A stretch of 64,000 bases of DNA from Octopus sinensis (lineage: Eukaryota), in NCBI RefSeq assembly GCF_006345805.1, contig NW_021835987.1:278218-342217 (forward strand), in the 5' to 3' direction. This document shows, in pieces, positions 12,065 through 24,510 of the stretch. The notes beneath the pieces are model-generated. The model was not told the DNA's origin and did not search any database. It saw only the letters and a list, made by a program, of their open reading frames with translations. Position 1 is the first letter of the stretch, and each line of letters starts with the position of its first letter. The translations under genes were made by a program, and so were the position numbers.

Positions 12065-12964
12065 ATATTATACGACTAACGCACGCACCCTCTTAAGTAA
12101 GATTGATCTGTATATCAAGTTCGCCTTGATATTAACTCTCACGCGCCACTCTGCTCTTTCTTCTTTCTTTCTTTCTTCTATCCCATCCCCTTTTCGTCTT
12201 TTTCCCTCACTTAACTTGTCTCCTCCTCTCTCTCATTCATTCTCATTCTCTCTCTCCCCCTCACCATTCTTCATGGTCTCCTCGCACCATTCCCTTTCTC
12301 TCCTTCCTCTTGCTCCTCCTCCCCCATTCCCGTCGTCCATCTGCGACGATACTTCCGCCGTAACTGCTAACGTCTTTCTCGCCCGCCTTTTAAGGCTACT
12401 GGACGACTTTTCCTGCTCTCTCGTCGTTCACAAAAAATTAGCGTTTGCAATACTTTTTTCGTTCGGCGTCAACAGCCCTTCTTATCTTGTTCTCCCTGTC
12501 CTGTCTTTTACTATTATATTTTTTTACTGTTTATATATATATTTTTTTAACTGTTTATATTTTTGTACTGTCGTTACTGTCCTCGTTTTTTTTTACCGTT
12601 TTCTTATTTTTTACCATTTTTTTACCCCTCTGCGAAAAGATCTCAGAATTTTAATTGATTTGCTTTTCGCAGGAAGGAAAGTTTCTTGTCGAAGATACGT
12701 CTCGCTTTATCCTTCGAAACGTAGAGTAGATGAAACCTTAGCGACTGAAGAAGGGTTTTTTTCGTTCTGTTAACTGTCCTGTACTCCATTTTTTTGTTGT
12801 TTTTAAAAAAATGCCCTGTTCCTTTGGTTTGTGTCTATGTTTGCGTTTCTCTATGTGTTCGACGTCCCTTTGGTGTCCTGTACTCATATATGCGTGTATA
12901 TGTACATGTAGAGATAGGTACGTACATATATGTTTATATATATGCATATGTTTTATTTCTTTTA

Positions 12965-12990
<26 letters not shown>
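12065..12990. repeat. ~0.9 kb insertion, right arm only (copy ~50645-51580), possibly Penelope-like
   Basis: Absent at the mirrored (TA)n at 6910-6950. Contains gaagaagggtttttt and cgaaacg motifs recalled from PLE ends. Confidence 0.45.
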
Positions 12991-13004
<14 letters not shown>

Positions 13005-14074
13005 CGTGGTCACCGTGACCGACCATGCTATCACATGTTGCTACACATCGCTGGTCACAATGTGCTTCGCATTGTTTTAGCCTTCAAATGACGCCACCCC
13101 GCTGGCTAAGCAAGCAGGCCAACAGAAGAAAGAGTGAAAGAAAGTTATGGCGAAAGAGTACAGCAGAGATCGCCACCAGCCACTGTCAGAGCCTCGTGGA
13201 GCCTTAGGTGTCTTCGCTCAATAAACCCTCACAAAGCCCGGTCTGGGAATCGAAACCGCGATCCTACAATCGCGAGTCCGCTGCCCTAACAAATGGTCCA
13301 TTGCGCCTCCACACACACCACACACATATATATAGTTTGTACGGAAAGAGGTTGTTTTTCCTAGGGATAAATTTTATCCAAGTGTACACCAGTTTTGCTC
13401 TATATCGACTAACGATATTGGAAGTTCTATATATGTATATATACTAGGGGATACCGTTGGTTCTTCTTTGATATTAATCACTTATACTTCTGAAATTCCA
13501 GTTGTCTCTACAGAGGTTTACGTTATTTTCCATAAAGGATAATAGATTTTAACAATATATATAAACTGCTATAAGATCGACCTCATCACGAACTTAAGGT
13601 TTAAATTCGAAATCAGAATACTAGCCGTTTATTATTCTTTTCTTGTATTTATTTCAGTTATTTGACAGCGGCGCTGCTGGAGCACCGCCTTTAGTAGAAC
13701 AAATCAACTTCAGGCCTTATTCTTTGTAAGCCTAGTACTTATTCTATCGGTCTCTTTTGCCGACCCACAAAGTTACGGGGACGTAAACATACCAGCATCG
13801 TTTATCAAGCGATGTTGGTGGGGAGGGTGGCAGGCACACGCATAAAAACACACACACACACATACATACAGTAAGTGACACACTCACACACACACGACAT
13901 GTTTCTTTCGGTTCCCGCCTACTAAATCCACTCACAAGGCTTTGGTAGAAGACACTTACCTAAGGTGCAACGCATTTAGTATGAACTAGAACATAAACAA
14001 CAACAACAACAACAACAGCTCTGTCTGTGGGGTCAGAGAAAGCCAATCACAACTCGAAAGACGGACTTCGAATA

Positions 14075-14625
14075 TTTATATGGATTCTTTATTAACAGGT
14101 AATACTTTTCCTACTGGGATCACTAGTGTGGTCAGCAGGATTGGATGGACGTGAACAACTTAGAATATTTATATGCATTCTTTATTAACAGGTAATACTT
14201 GACCTACTGGGATCACTAGTGGTGGTCAGCAGGATTGGATGGACGTTAACAACTTTGAATATTTATATGGATTCTTTATTAACAGGTAATACTTGACCTA
14301 CTGGGATCACTAGTGGTGGTCAGCAGGATTGGATGGACGTGAACAACTTAGAATATTTATATGCATTCTTTATTAACAGGTAATACTTGACCTACTGGGA
14401 TCACTAGTGGTGGTCAGCAGGATTGGATGGACGTGAACAACTTAGAATATTTATATGCATTCTTTATTAACAGGTATACTTGACCTACTGGGATCACTAG
14501 TGGTGGTCAGCAGGATTGGATGGACGTTAACAACTTTGAATATTTATATGGATTCTTTATTAACAGGTAATACTTGACCTACTGGGATCACTAGTGGTGG
14601 TCAGCAGGATTTGATGGACGTTAAC
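14075..14625 (-). repeat. 94-bp minisatellite, 6 units, in the P2 3' UTR (unit-2 copy ~52645-53205)
   Basis: Reverse complement of the P1 array, with six units. Confidence 0.95.
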
Positions 14626-14659
14626 AACAACAACTATAGTATCATGTGCTGGATAAATT

Positions 14660-17197
14660 CTACTGCCTCAGGCGGATGAATACGGCCATGGAGTCTCTAA
14701 TGTATAACCTGGAAGTAACAATAACAACATCAATAACCAAAGGAATGGAAATAAATCGTGGAAGGTCTTCATACGCGTTCACTCGAATTACTAGAAATAG
14801 CAGCCAATCTTTACATCGTTGAGTGGGAAACATAAACAGGAGGGTCATGGTCGGACGCTTTTAATAATAAATCAGTTGAATCAATGCTCACACACATAAA
14901 ACGCACACACACACACAAAATAAAAAAATATCACTCACCATTGTCCCATAAGATTTTCTTGTTTTTATGAGAATAACGGATTGACGGAGAACGACGTGTG
15001 TAACCGAACGAACACGCCGGCGGATGGTCATCAGTAACCAACCAGCCAGTCATCTTGAACATCTATTTATTTTTTTCGATATATGAAGAGACGATCTTTC
15101 CTGTGGAGTTAATAAAAGTTGGATGGGTTTCAGAATATGGAAACCTAACATTTACTCTTTTACTTGTTTCAGTCATTTTGACTGTGGCCATGCTGGAGCA
15201 CCTCTTTCAGTCGAGCAAATCGACACCAGGACTTATTCTTTGTAAGCCTAGTACTTATTCTATCGGTCTCTTTTACTTGTTTCAGTCATTTGACTGTGGC
15301 CATGCTGGAGCACCTCTTTTCAGTCGAGCAAATCGACCCCAGGACTTATTCTTTGTAAGCCTAGTACTTATTCTATCGGTCTCTTTTAACTTGTTTCAGT
15401 CATTTTCACTGCGGCCATGCTGGAGCACCTCTTTTCAGTCAGTCGAGCAAATCGACCCCAGGACTTATTTTTGTAAGCCTAGTACTTATTCAATCGGTCT
15501 CTTTTACTTGTTTCAGTCATTTGACTGCGGCCATGCTGAGCACCGCCTTTCAGTCGAGCAAATCGACCCCAGAACTTATTCTTTGTAAGCCTAGTACTTA
15601 TTCTATCGGTCTCTTTTGCAGAACCGCTAAGTTACGGACGTAAACACACCAGCATCATTTGTCAAGCGATGTTTGGGGGAGAAACCAGACAAACATACAG
15701 AAACACACCAACACACCACCCACAATATATATACATATATATATAGTATATATATATATATATATAGCACATACGACGGCTTCTTTCAGTTTCCGTCTAC
15801 TATTCCCGAGGCTATAGTAGAAGACACTTGCCAAGTATATATAGTCGCGTTGTTGTATATTTTGTGTGTTTCATGTTTAGATTAACTGTATATATATATG
15901 TTGTGTGTGTGTGTGTGTGTGTGTGTGTGGTGTGCGGGTGTGTGTGTGGTGTGGGTGTGTGGTGTTGTATGTGTGTGTGTGTGTGTTTGTGCTGTATGTC
16001 CCCAACACGCTTGACAAACCGATGCTGCTGTGTTTACTTTCCCGTAACATAGCGGTTCGGCAAAAGAGACCGATAGAATAATACTAGGCTTAAAAAGAAT
16101 AAGTCCATGGGGTCGATTTGCTCGACTGAAGGCAGTGCTTCAGCATGGCCGCTGTCAAATAACTGAAACAAGTAAAAGAATAAAAGAGTGTACATTTTAA
16201 GGTGAAAATACATTTTCGTGCTTCCCACTTTAAAATATGCTACTTAATGGAAATTCTGGTAACTCTGCTGTTCGTAACGAGAAAGCATTTCATTGGTCGT
16301 GTATGTTGAAAATACAGAAATGTACCATTAATAGAGTTATAGCCTCTTGCAGCAGCGGTGGTTGTTCCTTCTCGAGCCATACCTGGCTCATAAGGGCCGG
16401 TTTCCCGGTTTCTTGGCGTACAGGTTCCCCACCTGACGGGACGCCTATCCGTCGCAGGTGAGCTGTAAGATTTAGAAGGAAAGAGTGAGAGAAGTTGTGG
16501 CGAAGAATCAGCAGAAGTTTCGCCATTACCTTCTGTCGAAGCTGCGTAGAGCTTAGGTGTTTCGCTCATAAACCCACATATCGCCCGCTGAGAGTCGAAC
16601 CCGCCGACCCCTCGACCGCGAGTCCGCTGCTCTAACCACTAGGCCATGTGCCTCCACAGCAGCGGCGGTGGAATAGCTAAATCTATTTCTTGCTTTAGCA
16701 AGCAATCACAGCGGTGCTGTAGTTAGCCCGAATGCCTGGATATATTTCATCTTTACAGACGCAGCAGTATTATTTCAAATTAGCATTCTGTATATCATAA
16801 CAAATGAAGATATACTGTTTGAAGCCTGGGCATATTTGTTCGTCTCCAGAAAGTTTAGCGTCTAAATGTATAGGTTAAACTTTATATCTGTTTGCCTACG
16901 AAAGTTATATGTTTTGTACCATGATAAGTCTCTACGTAACGAAGAAAGAACAAGCATAAAAGATATATAGATATACTATACTCACGTCATTGAGAAATAC
17001 AGATTGGTGGCGGAAGCTAGGTCGTCCCATGGTGAACTTTTCAAATTTTTCTGAGAGAACCCAGGTTTTAGGGTTGTATTCGTCCATCAATATCATAGTT
17101 ACGAAGCGATTTCGTTTTTATAGATTACCACTTTTACCTGCAAAAAAATGAGCATGTAGCACACACATATACACCCGGTACACCCACACACATACAC

Positions 17198-17234
<37 letters not shown>

Positions 17235-17770
17235 CACACAAATATACACAAACACACACACGCAAATACACAAACACACACACCACAAATACACAAACAC
17301 ACACACACGCACACACACCACGCCGCGCACACACCCCACGCACCGAACACCCAACACACAACCACACACACACACAAAACCACACAACAAAAACACACAC
17401 CCCTGACACCACACACAAACAACCACACACACACAAACACACCACACAAACACACTGCACAACACACACCAAACCACACACAACACAAACACACCCACAC
17501 ACACACCCCTGACACACACGCGCAAACACCCACACACAACCACACACACAAACACACACACACCACCCACAACAAACACACATGGACACAAACACACACA
17601 CACACACACACACACACGCACCACACAAACGCACACACACACACCAACACACACACACAAACACACACCACACACTGTCACACAACACACACACAAACAC
17701 ACACACACGCCACACACACACAGAAACACAAACCCACACACACAAACACACACACACAAACACACACCCA

Positions 17771-17822
<52 letters not shown>

Positions 17823-19968
17823 CAACACAAACACCCACACCAAACCCCCACACACCACCCCCACACTGTACACACCACACACAAACTCACATACACACAC
17901 ACAAACTCACACACACACAAACGCACACACACAACCTCACCACACACACTGTCACACACTGACACCCACTGACACACACGCAGAGTAAGAACAGTAAAGC
18001 ATGTGGACCTTGTGGCCACTTGGACTCAAAGTTAATATTTTGTTATTCTTCTTGTGAGATGCCAAGTTCGAATAACAAACAAAGCTGTTAGACTAATGTT
18101 CACTCTCATCATTCTTTTGATCGAAACGAATTTGCATAACAGTCGAAATTTAATGATTTTGATTGGCCTATCACCTAATCCGTATCTTGCTATTATAATA
18201 ATAAATGAAATTAATGTATACGTGCTCAGGTGCACCACAACTTGTCAGAAAGTGCGTATAAAATATATGCAGTAATGTAGAAATGTCTGGAAAGCAAAGA
18301 GTGTATGAGTCAGACATAAATAATTTTTTATAAACAAACGCAGAAGTGGCTGTGTGGTAAGTAGCTTGCTACCAACCACATGGTTCCGGTTCAGTCCCCA
18401 CTGCGTGGCATCTTGGGCAAATGTCTTCTACTATAGCCTCGGGCCGACCAAAGCGTTGACTGGATTTGTAGACGGAAACTGAAAGAAGCCCGTCGTAAAT
18501 GTTTATATATTGTGTGTGTGTGTGTTTGTGGTTGTGTGTCTTGTTTTGTCCCCCTAGCATTTCTTGACAACCAATGCAAAAGAGTAGAAGAGTAAACCCG
18601 AAAGATTTGCAGTTACGGAGCAAAAGCTACTATGGAAGGCTCATAGTATAATAAACTGTACAATAACTCTATATAATATATATCATAATGATATTTAACC
18701 TCCGATTTTAAAGCGACAATTTTTGAATGTATATAAAGACCGAAAAATGATGAGCTAACCTCGGGCTGAGGTCATGTATTTCGCTCAAACCGCATTGTTG
18801 ATTAAAATTTCTTCATTTGTGTATTAAGGCTATTATTGGTTTCATTTAAGGGCGAATGTCTTAATATGTCAACATTTCCAAGCCGATTACCTGGAAGGAG
18901 GGTGTTAGTCTCCATTGTGGATGAAACCACGAAATATCTAGAGTAAAACATTCCATGAATGACACATCTCCGCAATAAATACAGTGACGAAAATAAATTT
19001 CAATTTTGAACTAGCCATGATCCAGACTGCTCTTGATCTGGGCTCTGACAGGTCCCTGGTTCGTCTGTTCCCACAAGGTTTTGTTTGTTACTCAATCTTG
19101 CCATCTCACAAGAAGATGACAAACTAATTCAGCTTTGAATCCAAGTTACACCGAGGTCCCACGTGCTTTACTTCTGCCGAGCTCAATAAAACTTTTACAG
19201 TCAGATTGTATGCTATTTCAGCACATCGATTTTGTTTCCCATTTACTCATCCAAACCCCAAAAGGAGATCTTTTGTCTGTGATAATCTTTCTTATTACTG
19301 CGGTTTGCCGCGGATAGAATTCTATTCAACATTGTTTCGCCTTCCTCATAAATCATTTTTGTAGGTCAAAAATGTAACAAGCAATTGAATTGATCTAAAT
19401 ATCTGTTAATCATTATTACTATTAATAAATAAATCTTAGAGCGAGTTTATAAACGTAGCTACAACACACCGTAACGTATATTTGCCATTTAGATATGGCT
19501 AACCCTAAGGTTGGATGCTACTGTAGTTGTAGTCCCAGGAGGACACCTCCGTCCGCTGGCTATAGACACATTTTCTGTGCCCTATCAGTATTTGCAAAGT
19601 GAAGCCATCCTTCCCGTCTTTAACTTATGATACACACGGACTCGAGTTCTGGGAGGTGTCCTCCTGGGGCTACAAACTACAGTAGCATCCACCCTTAGGG
19701 GTTAGCCATATTTAAATGGCAAATATACGTCACGATTATTACTATTATTATATATATATTAGTGTATGTGTAATGCATACGGCTACGTACCTCATCAATT
19801 GGAAGATTTCCCAGAAATCAAGGAAGGGATGTCGGAAGAAGTTAGGACAGAAGGTACCATTGCATTTGTCCACTTTCAGGTTGAAGGACTTCCTATATTC
19901 AGGAAATGAATTATAAATTTTCGAACCAGCTCTCATTGTTAGGGCATATGTTTTAATCCATTGTCTGT
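14660..19968 (-). CDS. Paralog P2 (unit 1), palindromic mirror of P1; contains small indels here
   Basis: Exon A 19968-19791, B 17137-16986, C 15100-14939, D 14708-14660, with splice sites homologous to P1. Each exon is 1-3 nt short, while the unit-2 copy is in frame, so the indels are probably sequencing error. Confidence 0.75.
15150..15690. repeat. Tandem array of a ~114-bp SINE segment, 4 units (5 units at 53735-54330)
   Basis: Repeated acttgtttcagtcatttgactgtggccatgctggagcacc...cttattctatcggtctctttt. A single copy lies in the mirrored left arm (3925-4125). Confidence 0.9.
16445..16660 (-). mobile_element. tRNA-headed SINE, right arm only (copy ~55140-55355)
   Basis: Minus strand tgtggaggcacatggcctagtggttagagc...ggttcgactc shows clear A and B boxes. 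Absent at the mirrored site near 3165. Confidence 0.75.
17160..17980. repeat. Long degenerate (CA)n tract (copy 55865-56660)
   Basis: Directly visible; far longer than the mirrored tract at 2540-2730. Confidence 0.95.
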
Positions 19969-20022
19969 CTGACATAAGTATAAGTATTATTTATTATTAT
20001 TGTTCTTTTTTATTAATTGTTT

Positions 20023-20056
<34 letters not shown>

Positions 20057-20671
20057 GTAGTAAGTAGTTAGTAGTAGCAGCAGCAGTAGTAATAGTATTG
20101 GCTCAAATCTGAATACCTGGAACATAATTTCGGCCATGAACTTATGCGCGCCGCAGTAGTTCGGTATGGCGCTGGATCCTTAACTGAACAGAGGAGGAGA
20201 GATAAAGTTGGACAGGAGACAAGGAAGCGTCTAATGATGCATGGAGGCCATCATCCACGTGCAGACACTGATCGTCTCTACACGAAGGAGGCAAATGGAG
20301 GAAGGGCACTGATAAGTGTGCAAGACTGCGTAGGTATCGAACTCGGGAACTTGATGAGACAGATATGCTAAAGCGAGGAAAGCTTGCTAGTGGCAGTTAG
20401 GACTGAGGGAGTATTGAAAGCCGAAAAAAACGCAAAACAAAGGAAGAAATACAAAAAGGATAAGGAAAGCATAAGGCAAAAAGGGACTCCGCAATCATTT
20501 TCCCGTAACCACTGATAAGGGCAGTGATAGGTGTGGACGACTGCGTAGGCACCATTATAGGTATTCATAGTCGGTGAAATAAATAAATCAAATTGTGAAT
20601 AAATGAAACACTCGGATTCTATCACTGTAGACATACACGCATTCATGCTCGCTCTCACACACACACACACA

Positions 20672-20703
<32 letters not shown>

Positions 20704-20769
20704 GCCATACATACATACACACACAAAGAGTCTCATATGTATGTCATTATTCAGTTACTTTTTCAAATT

Positions 20770-21080
20770 TCTTTCCATAGAGAAATAATCATTTTCACCT
20801 ACATCCAAGCTCCTTCATTGGAATTTCAAGATCAACAACAGGTATTTTTGTTTGCATGTATGTATGTTGTATGTATATATGTATGTATGTAATGTATATA
20901 TGTATGTATGTATGTGTATGTATGTATTATATGTATTGTGTTATGTATGTATGTTGTGTGTATGTTATGTATGTGTGTATGTATGTATATATGTGTGTAT
21001 GTGTGTATGTATGTATGTATGTGTGTGTATGTATATATGTATGTATGTATGTATGTTTGTATGCAGGCATGTACGTATGC

Positions 21081-21113
<33 letters not shown>

Positions 21114-21402
21114 TGTATGCATGTATGTATGCATGTATGTATGTGTATGTATGTATGTATGTATATATGTATGTGTGGGTAGGTATGTGTGGGTATGTAT
21201 GTGTGGGTATGTATGTGTAGTATGTTTGTATGTATGTATGGATGTATGTATGTATGTATGTATTAATTTTCAAGTGAAAGGAAAGATGAGACGCATTCTG
21301 CAAACAAATGGTTCATATTTGGTTGATTAAAAAATGTTAAGTCAGTATTTATTGACCTTTTTCTTTCCTTAAAATCGTCACGAACTTTTCGGACAACCCA
21401 AC
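20770..21402 (+). mobile_element. Mariner 3' fragment split by (TATG)n (mirror 37429-38270 -, copy 59490-60112 +)
   Basis: aattttcaagtgaaaggaaagatggagacgcatt...cacgaacttttcggacaacccaac matches the 3' end of the 33340-33745 element. Confidence 0.8.
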
Positions 21403-21736
21403 ATTTAAATTTATTATTACCTCTATGTTTTAATAAAGATTTGCTCATTAGAACCATACTATTTAATGGAAACGAAGCGAATATATAGTGGTATTTCAAA
21501 CTGATAACTCCGTCATGTACCACGCCGTTATTTTGATAAATTTGAAGTCCATACTTAAACATACATTTTCTTAGTTTTTGTAACTATCAAAAGTCCGTTA
21601 CGAATATTGATATGCTGGCCAGAGAAGAGAAGCATCCAGGTTTCATCAACAGAGAGGCTGGTTATTACTTATAATCGATTATTCGATTTTTGTCATGGAT
21701 TTTTCCTCTGTGTATAAATATATTAATAAAATGTAT

Positions 21737-22035
21737 ATACATACATCAAGGGAAAGTTTACGAAAATAAACAAAAGACGAAGGCAGGTGGAGTAAAACAA
21801 AACAAATATTAGTATAGCGCTCAGGAATAGAAAAAAGTCTTTACGTTTCGAGTCTACGTTGTTCGACAGAAGATTACATACATGCATACCACGCATACAC
21901 GCATACACACACACATGCACGCACACACATAAACGCACACACACACTTGTAAAACTGGTTATTGATACGTTCATTTACTTTTGGGTATACAAGAGAAAAT
22001 AGATCATTAACCACACATCGCTTAACGGTACCCTA
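21737..22035. repeat. Interspersed repeat at the outer palindrome arm (mirror 35197-35503, copy 60455-60770)
   Basis: gggaaagtttacgaaaataaac...tacgttgttcgacagaaag...ttaacgagtaccctag + (TAA)n. Possibly a Penelope-like terminus (recall). Confidence 0.55.
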
Positions 22036-22078
<43 letters not shown>

Positions 22079-22490
22079 GAAATACAACAACACACGACAA
22101 CAATAATAATGATAATAATAATAATAATGATAATAATAATAATATAATAATACAACAACAACAGCAACCAATAATAATAATATAATGATAATAATGATGA
22201 TGATAATAATGATAATAATGATAATAATAATAATAATAACAACATCAACATCAACAACAGCAGCCATAATGATAATGGTAATAATAATAATATAATAATA
22301 AAATAATATATAAATAATAATAATGATAATAAATTTAAAAAATAATAATAATAATAAAAAATATACAAAATAATAAGAAGAAGAAGAATAATAATATAAG
22401 AAGAAGATGAAGAAGAAGAAGATAAGAAGAAAAGAAGAAAAAGAAAAGAAGAAGAAGAAGAAGAAGAAAAGAGAAGAAAAAGAAGAATGC
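22034..22490. repeat. (AAT)n/(AAC)n/(GAA)n compound microsatellite
   Basis: Directly visible; copy at 60770-61260. Confidence 0.95.
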
Positions 22491-22507
22491 TTCACTTACA
22501 TCTATAG

Positions 22508-22559
22508 AAGGAAATCTCGTTGTTGTCATTCGTGCTGACGACTGTCATTATATCTTTCG
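22508..22559 (+). other. Candidate signal-peptide-like micro-exon upstream of P4 (copy at 61282-61333)
   Basis: tag|AAGGAAATC...TTTCG|gtgagt reads KEISLLSFVLTTVIISF and ends in phase 1, like the exon A acceptor. It is identical in both units. The upstream in-frame ATG is separated from it by TAG. Confidence 0.3.
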
Positions 22560-24292
22560 GTGAGTAATTCTTACAAACACGGCTGACGCTGTTGTAAGTA
22601 AAGAATTCTGATTGGCTGTTTAGAGCGATGGCGTTACATTCCAGTCGACTTCGTGCGGTGGGGAATTGTTGTTGTGTTGGAGGTGTCTCAATATATCATA
22701 GGAATAACCAGGTTCCAAACGTTTTGTAGTTAGCTTCCTTAATTCCCAGACCTGAGGTGACAGCCAGGATTTTGTAAGGGTTAACAGCGTCACTTCCATC
22801 ACTTCTTGAGATGAAGGAAAACTGCGATATTCTTGTTCACCGGAAGGAGTTAGAAGGGGGAAAGAAATGGGCAATGAATAGAGAGAGAGAGAGAGGAGAG
22901 AGATAGAGAGAGAGACAGAAGGGAGTTTATAGACCTGAGGTGACAGCCAGGATTGTTGTAAGGGTTAACAGCGTCACTTCCATCACTTCTTGATGAATGA
23001 AGGAAAACTGCGATATTCTTGTTCACCGGAAGGAGTAGAAGGGGGAAAGAAATGGCATGAAATAGAGAGAGAGAGAGAGGAGAGAGATAGGAGAGAGAGA
23101 CAGAAGGGAGTTTTTATATGTAAGGGGAAAATGCGTCAGAGGTATTACTGAAGATGAGGAAATATTAGAGAGTAAGAGGGAGAAATCCTGGAAGAGAGAA
23201 AATCCTGAAATGACAAGATGGAGAACGTTTGCGTGTGAGAGGAAGGGTGCTTGCAAAAAAAGAGAAACGGATTTGAAGTAAATTATAATTTAGGATAGTC
23301 TGTCTGTCTGTCTGTCTGTCTCTGTCCCTAGGTATGTGTTTGTGTATGTGCTTGCATGCATGTGTGACCCTCTGGATCTCTCGGCATACCAGCAACCACA
23401 AAATCCCCCCAGCCGGACACACCACTGCCACCAAGCTCATCATATATATGTATGTATGCATGTATGCATGCATGTATGTATGTATGTCTGTATGTAGTAT
23501 GTATGTATGTATGTATGTAGGTATGTAGGTATGCATGTATGCATGCATGTATGTATGTATGTATGCATGTATGTATGTATGTATGTATGTATGTTTGTAT
23601 GTATGTATGTGTGTGTGTCTGTGTGCGTGTGTGTGTGTGTGTTTATGTGTGTGTTTGTCCCACCACCAACATTGCTTCACACCGATGTTGGTGTGTTTGT
23701 GTCTCTGTTATTTGGATGTTCAGCAGAAGAGACTGATAGAATAAACACCAGGATTACAGGGAATAAGTCAAGGGTAAATTTCTTCGACTAAAGGGTGGTG
23801 CTCTAGCATGGCCACTCTCATTGACTGAAACAAGTAGAAGAATAAAAGAATACCAGAAAAACGTTCCGTAACACGAACCAAGAAGGTTCTTTGAATACGT
23901 ACGATGTATTTTAAGGTTAAATAGTGATTCCGTTTACGTTTTTGTATCTGAGATATTTTGGTTGGATTAAGTAGTCGTTGGTGTTACATTACTTTCTACA
24001 TTCTGTAATTATCACAATATACTTTTCTAGGCTTGAAATTTATGTTGTGAGGGTACCAGTTCATTACATTGACCTCAGTACACAACTGGTACTTAATTTA
24101 CCGAGCTCCAAAAGACGAAAGGATGTAATAAAAATGAGTGGAAATTAGGCTAACAACTAAAGAAATACATTTTAAAGTATCTCGATCTCTTTAACTTGAG
24201 CCGATTATTCTTCATTATGAGAGTGCTAACGTGTGCGTGTATGTATGCATGTGTACGTGTCTATGTGTGCTACATGTTCATTTGTTTTGCAG

Positions 24293-24446
24293 GTGAAACT
24301 AGTGATTAGCAAAACCAAACCGATGTGGTAACTATGATATTTAATGGACGAAATACAACCATTGAAAGCTGGTTCTCTCGGAAAAACTTGAAAAGTTCAC
24401 CATGGAACGACCTGGCTTCAGCCACCGGACTTGAATTCTCAATTAA
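24293..24446 (+). pseudogene. Paralog P4 (unit 1): orphan exon B
   Basis: Acceptor ttttgcag is followed by VKLV...[45 protein letters not shown]. There is a 1-nt frameshift near the start, no GT at the conserved donor position, and no exon C or D recognised downstream. Confidence 0.65.
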
Positions 24447-24460
24447 GGGACACAAGAATG

Positions 24461-24510
<50 letters not shown>

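Larger units (their letters stand above)
1..22200. repeat. Imperfect palindrome (unit 1), centre ~10285, left end outside the window
   Basis: 1-7118 mirrors ~20430-11860 with arm-specific insertions. The inner arms 9366-10285 and 10286-11197 also mirror each other. Confidence 0.9.

Noticed and set aside
11946-12773. 275-aa ORF
   Set aside because: Low-complexity pyrimidine-rich repeat sequence; broken into different frames in the unit-2 copy.
15055-15588. 177-aa repetitive ORF
   Set aside because: Translation of the tandem SINE array.
17118-18019. Long Cys/Val- or His/Thr-rich ORFs (also 4231-4738, 20832-21330, 37478-38220, 55684-56749, 59482-60066)
   Set aside because: Stop-free (CA)n or (CATA)n microsatellites open in several frames.
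1-22200. Whole palindrome as a single-read fold-back chimera
   Set aside because: The arms differ by large insertions and many coding substitutions that are reproduced in both tandem units.
22745-22860. Degenerate exon A for P4 (catcacttcttgatgaatg resembles catcccttccttgatttctgg)
   Set aside because: The similarity is too short, with stops and no consistent frame in either unit.
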